A stretch of DNA of 64,000 nt, from NCBI GenBank assembly GCA_902790595.1, contig CADASL010000011.1:35861-99860 (forward strand). Direction: 5' to 3'. The notes beneath the pieces were generated by a model. That model did no database searches, was not told where the DNA came from, and worked only from the letters and a program-made list of their open reading frames with translations. Source of the stretch: an uncultured Bacteroidales bacterium (GTDB lineage Bacteria; Bacteroidota; Bacteroidia; Bacteroidales; SZUA-534). A program made the translations under genes and the position numbers. Within the stretch, counting starts at the first letter, position 1. Each line of letters opens with the position of its first letter. This document shows, in pieces, positions 1-8,085 of the stretch.

Positions 1-2098
1 TTCCATCGCTCCATTGGTAGAAAACGTAACCAGTCTCGGCGTTTGCCTGAATAACTGCATTTTCACTACAAGTGGGTTCTTTTTTTATTTCTATAGTACC
101 CTTTGCCTCATCATCCGATTGCGCACTAAACACATACGAGAAATCTTCCGTATAATTACCAAATGTTCCCCAATATGCGGCTGACTTATAATTATTTAAC
201 GAACCACACGGTATGTGAATAGAAGTAACAGACTGCAAAGCATTGATATTGCTTAAATTTGGCACTGTTTGGCTCTTCATTATTAAGGTAATAGACGAAG
301 CACAATCGCTAAAAATATTTTCTGCAATATCAGTAACTACATATTCTACATCCTCTGATACCACAGTTTCTGGTATTTCTACAGAAGAACTGTTTCCAAT
401 GTATTTGCAAACCTTAACTGTATATGGTTCTTCCGAACTTGTTATTTGGTAAATCAAACTGTCTTTAAGAATGCAATTCAATAGGACCTCGTGCCAAGGA
501 GATGTAACTCCTTGTAATTGTTTATAATACCATCCTCTTTCCCATTTATTATAAACCGTGTCTTGGCAATAAATTATTGCTTCGGAATCATTAAACGATG
601 GGTTAACTCCATTTATAAATGAGACCGAATTTGGTATATAAACGGTTTTTAAACTACTACAATCTGCAAACGCACACCCACCAATAGATTTAAGTGAATT
701 TGGGAAAATAGCCATTTGTAAACTAGTGCAATAGTTAAACGCATAATCTTCAATATATTTAACTGATTTTCCAAATTTGACAGATTCCAAGGAACTACAA
801 TAGTAAAATGTTGCATATTTAATACTTAAAACCTTATCGGGAATTTCTATTGAAGTAAGATTACTGCAACTATTGAATGCTCCACCAAAAATGAATCTAC
901 AGCCGTTGTTTATTTCACACGAAGTTATAGTTGCATTTCTCGCCCTAACTAAACATAAATAACGGTTTTCTTCATTTCCTAAATAAAAAGCATTGTCGTA
1001 TCTATTGTATTGCAAGTTTTCGCAATGAGAAAACACTGATTGGTTAATGGTTTGAACTGAATTAGGAATATTTATGATTCTCAAACTGCTACAACCATCA
1101 AATGCATTATCACCTATGGTTATAAGAGAATCAGGAAGAATTACTTCTGTCAAACCACTACATCCATAAAATGCTTCTTTACCAATGTTTTTCACTGTTT
1201 CAGGTATGGTTATCTCCGTCAAATCTTTGTTTTGGAACACTGCTTCGCCAATATCTGTAACTTTATACTCATTTCCATTAAATGTCACAACAGAAGGAAT
1301 AGACACATCAAGTCCGTTGCCTAAATACTTGCGTACAGATACCGTATTGTCGCCAATAATCGAATATGCAAAATCACCCACAATAAATGACAATCCCCAA
1401 TAAGTGGTACCTTGACAGTTATTCCACGTTCCGCTACAATAATAAGATGCGTAATCACCCCAACCTTGAGGTTTGCTTTGCGCCTCGCAAACAAATATAG
1501 TGTTATCGCAATTAAAAGCCTGTGTGCCTATCGTTATAACAGATATTGGAATAGTCACGGATGATAATCCACTGCAATTATTGAAAGCATAATGCCCGAT
1601 ATCTACAACAGAATTTGGAATGACTATCGCTGTTAATTTGTCACAACCATCAAATGCATTTTCTGCAATATGCTTACAATTGTTGTTTATTCCACACGAA
1701 GTAATGCCCTTCGATTTTGCCTTTATCAACCACAAATACTTGTTTTCATCATTTCCTAAATACAAAGCATTATCATACTCAATATACTGTAAGTTTTCAC
1801 AACCACTGAACGGAGTTCCCCAGATGTATTGTACGGAATTAGGAATACTAATGGTTTGTAAATTATTGTGGGATAAAAATGCATCGTATTCGATACCAGT
1901 AATAGAATAGGTTACACCTTCATAATCTACTGTAGATGGAATTGTAAGCGCAGTTTTGTCTGTTGAACCTTTAATTGAAACTTCGTTATAGGTCCCATAC
2001 AATTTGCAGTATGTAAAATCTCCTCTTTCAAAAGTTTGTGCCGCAGCATTTACTGTGGATAAGACTATAAATGAAATGGTTATGAGTGTGCGTTTCAT
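1..2098 (-). CDS. Secreted BspA-type leucine-rich-repeat (LRR_5) surface protein, 3'-partial (runs off the left edge)
   Basis: Absent from the ORF track because no stop lies in the window. ATG at 2098 gives MKRTLITISFIVLSTVNAAAQ (signal peptide), then repeats such as ...SIPNSVQYI and ...HIAENAFDGCDKL. Spot-checked stretches of this frame are open, and it ends ...AVIQANAETGYVFYQWSDG (InlB-B-repeat-like) at the edge. Confidence 0.85.
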   Translation of the reverse strand, partial: MKRTLITISFIVLSTVNAAAQTFERGDFTYCKLYGTYNEVSIKGSTDKTALTIPSTVDYEGVTYSITGIEYDAFLSHNNLQTISIPNSVQYIWGTPFSGCENLQYIEYDNALYLGNDENKYLWLIKAKSKGITSCGINNNCKHIAENAFDGCDKLTAIVIPNSVVDIGHYAFNNCSGLSSVTIPISVITIGTQAFNCDNTIFVCEAQSKPQGWGDYASYYCSGTWNNCQGTTYWGLSFIVGDFAYSIIGDNTVSVRKYLGNGLDVSIPSVVTFNGNEYKVTDIGEAVFQNKDLTEITIPETVKNIGKEAFYGCSGLTEVILPDSLITIGDNAFDGCSSLRIINIPNSVQTINQSVFSHCENLQYNRYDNAFYLGNEENRYLCLVRARNATITSCEINNGCRFIFGGAFNSCSNLTSIEIPDKVLSIKYATFYYCSSLESVKFGKSVKYIEDYAFNYCTSLQMAIFPNSLKSIGGCAFADCSSLKTVYIPNSVSFINGVNPSFNDSEAIIYCQDTVYNKWERGWYYKQLQGVTSPWHEVLLNCILKDSLIYQITSSEEPYTVKVCKYIGNSSSVEIPETVVSEDVEYVVTDIAENIFSDCASSITLIMKSQTVPNLSNINALQSVTSIHIPCGSLNNYKSAAYWGTFGNYTEDFSYVFSAQSDDEAKGTIEIKKEPTCSENAVIQANAETGYVFYQWSDG

Positions 2099-2991
2099 AG
2101 ATATTCGTGTTTAATTGATTTCTTGTACAAATTGTCACGGGTTACATTGTATTTTTTTGATAAATAAAAGAATCCATAAACAAACATTTTCTTTCCTTCG
2201 ACAAGTTCTGTTTCAACCAAATTCGCGAAGTCGTCAAATGCCTCTGTATCAGAAATATATTTTCTACCATTAAGAAAAATATCATACAAAACCCACCATT
2301 CTGGTCTTGTAATTTGTGAATAAAAGAATTCAACATAAAATCGTTTGCCGTTATGTACTATTAAATATTTAATAATCTGGCAAATACAGTTAAACCAATT
2401 AGAATAAAAATACTTTTCGAAATACTTTAACTCTTCTTTAGGGCGGCGCAGTTTATCAAATTCCGAGCACATTGCAGATTCTCCTTGCAATTGTTTTTCA
2501 GTGAAATACTCCTTATAATCCTCAAATTCTAATTTGTCATTCATATACTTATCCCATAAGTCAGTCGCATCCATACCGTCAGTATCGTTATCTATAACAG
2601 ATTGTTTGATGCAGGGATTATTGTACTGTATGGCTTCCAAACATTCTTTATGAATGCGTATAAGATTGAAAAAAGAAGATTCAAACTGCTGCGTTTCTGC
2701 TGTTTCGCTTTGTCTTTTGTATGTTAAAAAAACCAAAAAGCAAGCGATACCAGCAACTACAGTTCCAATAACGCCACCAACAAAATCTCCCAACTCATTA
2801 TATGACAAACCATCACTTGCACTAACATTTATTAAATGATAATCAGAAAACACTTTTTGGCCACTAAACCAACTATTGTAAGGAATTACCAATGCAATAA
2901 TTGCTATCAGTAGAAATACTAATGCCAACATCCAGTCTTTTATTTTTTCTTTTCCTTTCATACCTATCATATATGCATTTTCAATCATCAT
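2095..2991 (-). CDS. Membrane-anchored protein resembling the putative phage abortive-infection (putAbiC-like) family
   Basis: 298 aa with two N-terminal hydrophobic helices. Motif LGDFVGGVIGT...QQFESSFFNLIRIH and C-terminal YF...QIIKYL...FYVEFFYSQITRPEWWVLY match the pattern I recall for putAbiC. Its stop overlaps the LRR start (ATGA, 2095-2098). Confidence 0.6.
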   Translation of the reverse strand: MMIENAYMIGMKGKEKIKDWMLALVFLLIAIIALVIPYNSWFSGQKVFSDYHLINVSASDGLSYNELGDFVGGVIGTVVAGIACFLVFLTYKRQSETAETQQFESSFFNLIRIHKECLEAIQYNNPCIKQSVIDNDTDGMDATDLWDKYMNDKLEFEDYKEYFTEKQLQGESAMCSEFDKLRRPKEELKYFEKYFYSNWFNCICQIIKYLIVHNGKRFYVEFFYSQITRPEWWVLYDIFLNGRKYISDTEAFDDFANLVETELVEGKKMFVYGFFYLSKKYNVTRDNLYKKSIKHEYL

Positions 2992-3050
2992 TTTTTTCGG
3001 TTGCCACGGTGTGACAGCCCTACAGCCAAACTTTATGCCCTATCGCCCAT

Positions 3051-3085
3051 AATTGTTAATTGTTCACTGTTAATTATTAATTGTA
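3051..3085. repeat. Degenerate heptamer tandem repeat (AATTGTT-like x5)
   Basis: aattgtt aattgtt cactgtt aattatt aattgta, overlapping the stop of the Fn3-like gene. Confidence 0.6.
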
Positions 3086-4326
3086 ACAACCATTATCTCC
3101 TCGCCATACACAGTACCCACGGCATTTGTCGCGTAAGCGCGCACGTAATATGTGGTGTTGCTCTGCAAGCCAGTTATGCTGCTACCAAAAGAGCCTGTTC
3201 CGCTGCCATCGGTGGTGTGCTGGTTGGCAAGTTTGGGGTTGGGCTGCGTGCCATAGCAAACGCCGCGAGCCGTAACTGCAAATCCGCCATCGGCTTCCAC
3301 CGTGCCGCCAATGGTTATGCTGGTGGCTGAAACTGCTGTGGCAGCGGCAGTCGCAACTGTTGGCAGTCCGCTCTGTGTGGAGAACGTGCGCTGCTCGCCG
3401 TAGGCTGTGCCTGCGGGATTGGTGGCATAGGCGCGCACGTAGTAGGTGGTGGCGGGCTCAAGGCCAGTCAGACTGCTGACAAACGGGCCTAAGCCAATGT
3501 TGTCGGTGGTGTGGTTGTTGCTAATGGTGGGCTGCGCCGATATGCTCCAGCAAACGCCACGAGCCGTAACCGCAAAACCACCATCGGCCAGAACCTCGCC
3601 GCCGCAGGTGGCTGTGGTGGCCGCAATGCTGGTAACGCTGTCGGTGCGCAATGTAGGCAGACCATCGGCTGTGCGGAATTCAAACTGCTCGCCATAGGCC
3701 GTGCCAATGCTGTTGGTGGCGTAGGCGCGCACATAATAGACGGTGTTCACGCTCAAACCTGTCATCTGGCTGGTGTACTCGCCTGGGCCGCGGCCGTCGG
3801 TGGTGTGCGGGTCGGCAATGGTGGGCAGTTGCAGAGTGCTCCAGCACACACCACGGCGCACAACGGCAGAGCCGCCAATAGCCGTGATGTTTCCACCCGA
3901 AGCGGCTGTGTTGGCCGCAATGGCTTGCACGGCAGCGGTTTGCACGGTTGGCGGCACTGGTCCTTCAACCTGCACCACGCCCAAACTGAACATCTGCCGC
4001 CCGTATGGGAATTTTTCGAGCGTTACGCTGCGGCTGCCGTAGAGCGAGTCGGCCTCCACCCACAGATAGTAGTTGTAGTGCACATCTTCGGGTGTCACCT
4101 CAATGCTGAAACTGCCGTCGGCGGCTGTCTCCACCACCGTGGCAATGGTTTTGCCGTCGGTTTTGCTCACCCGCATCCCCGCCACTGGCTGGCTGTTCTG
4201 GTCGTTGATAATGGTTCCCGTGCAGACAGTGCTGTCGTAAACACCCTCATCTTCAAGACTTTTTATGCAGCCGCTCAAGGCGAAAATCTCGCACAGAACA
4301 CACAGATAACACAGATATTTTTTCAT
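3070..4326 (-). CDS. Lipoprotein with an N-terminal beta-sandwich domain and three ~98-aa fibronectin-III-like repeats
   Basis: Lipobox LSG-C. Three repeats PTxxT...GGxxVxxRGVCW...YYVRAYATNxxGTxYGE start at about 3951, 3657 and 3363 (294-bp period). Confidence 0.8.
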   Translation of the reverse strand: MKKYLCYLCVLCEIFALSGCIKSLEDEGVYDSTVCTGTIINDQNSQPVAGMRVSKTDGKTIATVVETAADGSFSIEVTPEDVHYNYYLWVEADSLYGSRSVTLEKFPYGRQMFSLGVVQVEGPVPPTVQTAAVQAIAANTAASGGNITAIGGSAVVRRGVCWSTLQLPTIADPHTTDGRGPGEYTSQMTGLSVNTVYYVRAYATNSIGTAYGEQFEFRTADGLPTLRTDSVTSIAATTATCGGEVLADGGFAVTARGVCWSISAQPTISNNHTTDNIGLGPFVSSLTGLEPATTYYVRAYATNPAGTAYGEQRTFSTQSGLPTVATAAATAVSATSITIGGTVEADGGFAVTARGVCYGTQPNPKLANQHTTDGSGTGSFGSSITGLQSNTTYYVRAYATNAVGTVYGEEIMVVTINN

Positions 4327-4466
4327 TGCTTTATTCGTTTTATCGCTTTGCGATGTTTTGGGGTTTTCGCTTCGCGAGAAATTTCACAAAATCGTTTTAA
4401 AAATTTTAAAAAATTGATTTTCAATATTTTCTATAAATTTTCGTTCAAATTTTCTTAAAATTTCTG

Positions 4467-4558
4467 CCCGTCAGGGCATACCATAAAATATATTTACCAT
4501 TCGTTCTGTCCCTTATGGCGGATTCCATCCGTCCTCACCAACAATTCCCGTCAGGGCA
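4467..4558. repeat. 12-bp direct repeat CCCGTCAGGGCA (4467-4478 and 4547-4558)
   Basis: Two identical 12-mers 80 bp apart in the intergenic region; possible REP-like remnant. Confidence 0.45.
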
Positions 4559-4564
4559 ACCCCG

Positions 4565-5413
4565 CTAAAACCTCACTCTCATCGCCACTCCAGGCGCCAC
4601 CTTCGCCTTCTCATCTTGCAGAATTACAGGGTTGAGCGAAATGCCGTCTTTGTATTTCGGTTGCATAGTGTAGGCGCGGAAAAGATTGAAAACGTACAGT
4701 CCAGCCGCCGCGCCCCAAATCACATAACTGGCGTCGCGCAGGCGGTTGTAGGTTGTATGGGCGTCGTTGTAATCTGCGTACGAAACGCCTTCCGACTTCA
4801 TCACATCCAGTTTGTTTTGAGCCTCAACGTAGCAATACGCACCAGCACCAACCAACGCCACCTCACCAGCCAATGTCAGCAAACCTTCGCCAACGTGCCG
4901 CTTTCCAATCTGGCCTAAACCTGGAATAAACATCGATTTCAGCAATGCGTTGCCGTCTTTAAACTCCTGAGCCGTATAACAATCCCTGAACTCGGTGAAG
5001 TGCACATCGATGTTACCACTAACCGCCACCTGACATAATACATACACTAGAACATAGCCGTTTTTCTGCCGTTCGGTGTATTCGCACACTTTGTTTATCG
5101 GGATGTTGAATGTTGATGAAATGACATCGAAACTCTCGCCACGCTGCACTGCGCTGTTGATTTCCTGCGCATTAAACGGAACGCCAATCCGCTGGCAAGC
5201 CGTCATCAGGACTTTGGCAATGGCTTGGTTGCGCGCATCGCTTTCCGAATAGCAAAGCCCCGATTTCTCAACAACATACACGTATGTGTCATTCGCTCTT
5301 TTGGGCTTTTTAGTAATCCACTGTGGCTGAGTTTGCGCAAATGCTCCAACCGATAGCAACAACGTGCAAGCCATCAGCGCAAAATAGCGTTTTATGCGAT
5401 ATAAATCATTCAT
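4565..5413 (-). CDS. Exported hypothetical protein (LPP20-like N-terminal part, C-terminal SxFIPGLGQ membrane segment)
   Basis: The track ORF 4565..5497 probably starts at ATG 5413 (MNDLYRIKRYFALMACTLLLSVGAFAQ, signal peptide), overlapping the upstream stop by 8 bp. Motifs QPQWI...DARNQA and ALLKSMFIPGLGQ. Confidence 0.65.
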   Translation of the reverse strand: MNDLYRIKRYFALMACTLLLSVGAFAQTQPQWITKKPKRANDTYVYVVEKSGLCYSESDARNQAIAKVLMTACQRIGVPFNAQEINSAVQRGESFDVISSTFNIPINKVCEYTERQKNGYVLVYVLCQVAVSGNIDVHFTEFRDCYTAQEFKDGNALLKSMFIPGLGQIGKRHVGEGLLTLAGEVALVGAGAYCYVEAQNKLDVMKSEGVSYADYNDAHTTYNRLRDASYVIWGAAAGLYVFNLFRAYTMQPKYKDGISLNPVILQDEKAKVAPGVAMRVRF

Positions 5414-5966
5414 TTTCAAATTCTTTTTCAAAGATTCTGCGGAAGTCCTCACGATGCTGCTCCACGCCGAGACGGCTGTTTTTGGCCGCACTTTCAATAA
5501 TCTGTTCTTTCATTTCGCGTTTCGATACCTGAATGGCGATAAACACGTTGAAGTTGCCAGCATTGTCTTTCGTGGTTCGTTCGCAGGTCTTTTTCGAGTC
5601 GCCCACCAGTCGGTCAACCACCATCTGCATATCCGATTCCAGAATCTGCGCCACTTCTTCGGCGTTGCCCACCGCTATCGAGCGAGTGTAGAGTTCCGAC
5701 ACAGAGCGCATTTTGCCCCCGAACCGCTGTGCCAGCATTGCTTTGGCCGATTCGTATGCCGCTGTTCTGGCACCTTGCAGATTGACAGCCATTCCGGTGC
5801 CAAGCGCTCGGAAGTTTTCGTTGTCATCGTATGAGTATTCGGTGCACGGCACAGTTATCTCCGCCCCAAACGGATTTGATTGATTTGTAGTAACTTGTTT
5901 TTGTGTTCCACACGATACCATTAATGCTGCCATTGCAACCACCGAAATAAACTGTTTCACTCTCAT
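5406..5966 (-). CDS. Lipoprotein, LPP20-like
   Basis: 186 aa, lipobox LMVS-C, FRALGTG...ARTAAYESAKAMLAQ pattern. Confidence 0.75.
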   Translation of the reverse strand: MRVKQFISVVAMAALMVSCGTQKQVTTNQSNPFGAEITVPCTEYSYDDNENFRALGTGMAVNLQGARTAAYESAKAMLAQRFGGKMRSVSELYTRSIAVGNAEEVAQILESDMQMVVDRLVGDSKKTCERTTKDNAGNFNVFIAIQVSKREMKEQIIESAAKNSRLGVEQHREDFRRIFEKEFENE

Positions 5967-6067
5967 AATCTTATCTTTAATTTGTTAATTATTAAATATT
6001 TATCTCTATTTTTAACAGAGACGTAATGAATTTCGCCTCTACAATATTTCCTTCAATTTTTGACAAT

Positions 6068-6099
6068 AAAAAAAGCATAGACTGAAACTTTATCTATGC
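6068..6099 (-). terminator. Intrinsic terminator / attenuator at the 3' end of the leader
   Basis: Minus strand GCATAGA-TAAAGTTTCAG-TCTATGC followed by T7. Confidence 0.55.
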
Positions 6100-6214
6100 C
6101 CTGAGGTCCTAGGAAAACCCACCCAACCAGATAAGTACAACCTATGCATCCTGCATAAGTGCACTACTTGTTCTGGTTGGATTTTTGCCATAAAATTTCC
6201 TAGGTTCCAGGGCA
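6068..6214 (-). ncRNA. Candidate structured cis-regulatory leader RNA (nested stems plus overlapping terminator)
   Basis: Plus-strand pairs: TGCCCTG 6097-6103 / CAGGGCA 6208-6214; CCTAGGAAA 6108-6116 / TTTCCTAGG 6196-6204; CCAACCAGA 6123-6131 / TCTGGTTGG 6172-6180; inner TATGCA-tcc-TGCATA. It lies about 100 nt upstream of the lipoprotein cluster. Confidence 0.6.
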
Positions 6215-6401
6215 ATCCAAATAAGTGACTAATGTCAATATGTCTTTAAATCAAAATTTTATCTACTTTTTCAAAACTTCTTTTTAACGTATTAATAAAA
6301 TAAAATCAACTATCGACAAGACGCTTTGGCACAGCCGATAGTTGCGTAAATGTAAATAAAATTGTTTTTGAGTGTGCAGTGGGAAAAATACGATGTGTAG
6401 G

Positions 6402-7262
6402 TTACAATCTCGCCATAATATCGGCAATGAAACTGGAATCGAACACATCGAAAGCAAAACAACGCTTGCCCAAATCTTTGAGTGAAGCGCCAATATGGTA
6501 GAGCGTTTGGTTGTCGATAATCAGAAAGCGGTCGTGCATAGCGGTGGTGTGTTTCACTTCGAGCAACGGGTATTGCGCATTGAAACGTTGGACATCTTGC
6601 TCTGTAACAGTTGTTTGCGGATTGGTGTAAATGGTTACCTGCACGCCAGCGTTCTTTTTTGTGAAACGTTCAAGAACCGAAAGGTCGATATAATTATCAA
6701 TCAAAACAATAGACTGTCGCGCTTGCGCAATGAAACTTTCAAATTTTGCGTAAGCGTCGAAAATCTGCCCTTGAAAGAATATGCCTTGCGTGTCGTCAAT
6801 GGCATAGCGGTCCATACGGTCGAAAAGTTCGTCGATGCGTTTGTCGGATTCAATACGGTGCATTTCAAGCGAATCGAGCCGTTGGAATATCTGAGCGTTG
6901 GATAAAAGGAACTTACGCATTGATACAAAGGCTCTCATAATCTTGATGTTAACATCAACAGCGGTTTGGCTTTTCAATACAGATGAAAGCATAGCGACAC
7001 CTTGTTCAGTGAAAGCATTAGGCATAACTGTTGAATGTTTCAGCGTGTTGAACCGGTCGCAATTTGCGACCAGTTCGTCTTTCTCCGCTTTATTTAGGGC
7101 AAACATAAAATCCGCAGGAAACCTTTCAATGTTTCGTTTCACTTGTTCGTTTAAGCGTTTCGTCTCCACTCCATACAACTCGGCAATGTCGCGGTCAATC
7201 ATAACTTGTTGGTTACGAATCACCAATATCTTATTTTGTATGATTGCTATTTCGTTTGCCAT
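6402..7262 (-). CDS. ORF6N-domain DNA-binding protein with a C-terminal PLD-like domain
   Basis: ORF6N motif IRNQQVMIDRDIAELYGVETKRLNEQVKRNIERFPADFMF...AFTEQGVAMLSSVL and C-terminal IDNYID...HDRFLIID...YHIGASLKDLGK. Start moved to ATG 7262 because a -7 element lies at 7284-7291. Confidence 0.85.
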   Translation of the reverse strand: MANEIAIIQNKILVIRNQQVMIDRDIAELYGVETKRLNEQVKRNIERFPADFMFALNKAEKDELVANCDRFNTLKHSTVMPNAFTEQGVAMLSSVLKSQTAVDVNIKIMRAFVSMRKFLLSNAQIFQRLDSLEMHRIESDKRIDELFDRMDRYAIDDTQGIFFQGQIFDAYAKFESFIAQARQSIVLIDNYIDLSVLERFTKKNAGVQVTIYTNPQTTVTEQDVQRFNAQYPLLEVKHTTAMHDRFLIIDNQTLYHIGASLKDLGKRCFAFDVFDSSFIADIMARL

Positions 7263-7283
7263 TGGTTTAAACGCAGAGCAAGA

Positions 7284-7291
7284 CAAATGTA
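7284..7291 (-). promoter_or_regulatory. Bacteroidota -7 promoter element (TACATTTG) for the ORF6N gene
   Basis: Exact TAnnTTTG about 20 bp upstream of the ATG. Confidence 0.55.
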
Positions 7292-7402
7292 TAAAAAGTC
7301 GAATGGAAAAGGGGAATGCTTAATTCTCGAAAAAGTTTTGGTTTTCCCGCACAAATCGCCTCTAAAAAACTCTACGCCTTCGCCGTTGGTGCACAGAAAC
7401 TT

Positions 7403-7609
7403 CTATTTGGAAGTAGCCTGCAAAAGTTCGTAATTGTAATATTTGCTTTGCAGATAAAGACCAGTTTCGGGGTCGGAAAGTTGGTCGTAGAGCGAAGAAT
7501 TATAGAGAATGTCCAACGCTTCGGGCAGAGTTCGGTTCTGCTTCTCCATAATCAGCGTGGTGAGCCCGGCCAGCACATAATCAGTCAGATATTTCTGTTC
7601 ATCGCTCAT
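7403..7609 (-). CDS. Small DUF3791-like protein
   Basis: 68 aa, EALDILYNSSLYDQLSDPETGLYLQS motif; ATGA overlap with the DUF3990 stop (7606-7609). Confidence 0.7.
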   Translation of the reverse strand: MSDEQKYLTDYVLAGLTTLIMEKQNRTLPEALDILYNSSLYDQLSDPETGLYLQSKYYNYELLQATSK

Positions 7610-8085
7610 AATAATGTCAAATATTTAATGGCTCTTTCTGTACCAAAGTAATATTGGTTGTTAAGTTTGCGGTAGCGTAACTCGTCAACAAGTTGTTGCA
7701 GAGTGATTTTGCCCATTTCGTAGCGGTCGAGTTGCATTACCACGCCATCGTCGGCCACTGGTCCAATAACAATATCATAGTTGTGATGGAATCCTGTCTC
7801 CGACGCTCGGCGGTTTTCAAAAATAAATGCCGCCCACTCTTCCGACACCCCATCAAATATTTTTACATTCAACTCCTTGTCATTCAGGCTCGAATCATCG
7901 AAAATAAATTCGGTAACAATCGGCACGGCATCAATAAACAATCTGGCCTTTCGTTTGGCCATAGCCTCCGCCTGCTCCTTAATAGTTGTCAGATAAAAGC
8001 CTTTGCCGAAATCTTTGTTTATGTGTCCGACAGAAAGGTCGATGCGCTCTATTCGGACATTTGAGCCGTGATAGAGTTTAAGCAT
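7606..8085 (-). CDS. DUF3990 family protein (predicted ADP-ribosyltransferase-like fold)
   Basis: LYHGS...KDFGKGFYLTT...EEWAAFIFENR...YDIVIGPVADD...QYYFGTERAIKYL. Confidence 0.85.
   Translation of the reverse strand: MLKLYHGSNVRIERIDLSVGHINKDFGKGFYLTTIKEQAEAMAKRKARLFIDAVPIVTEFIFDDSSLNDKELNVKIFDGVSEEWAAFIFENRRASETGFHHNYDIVIGPVADDGVVMQLDRYEMGKITLQQLVDELRYRKLNNQYYFGTERAIKYLTLL

Noticed and set aside
4371-4382. 12-mer TTCGCGAGAAAT also present in reverse complement at 46539-46550
   Set aside because: Only two short copies without shared flanks; cannot be separated from chance without the whole genome.
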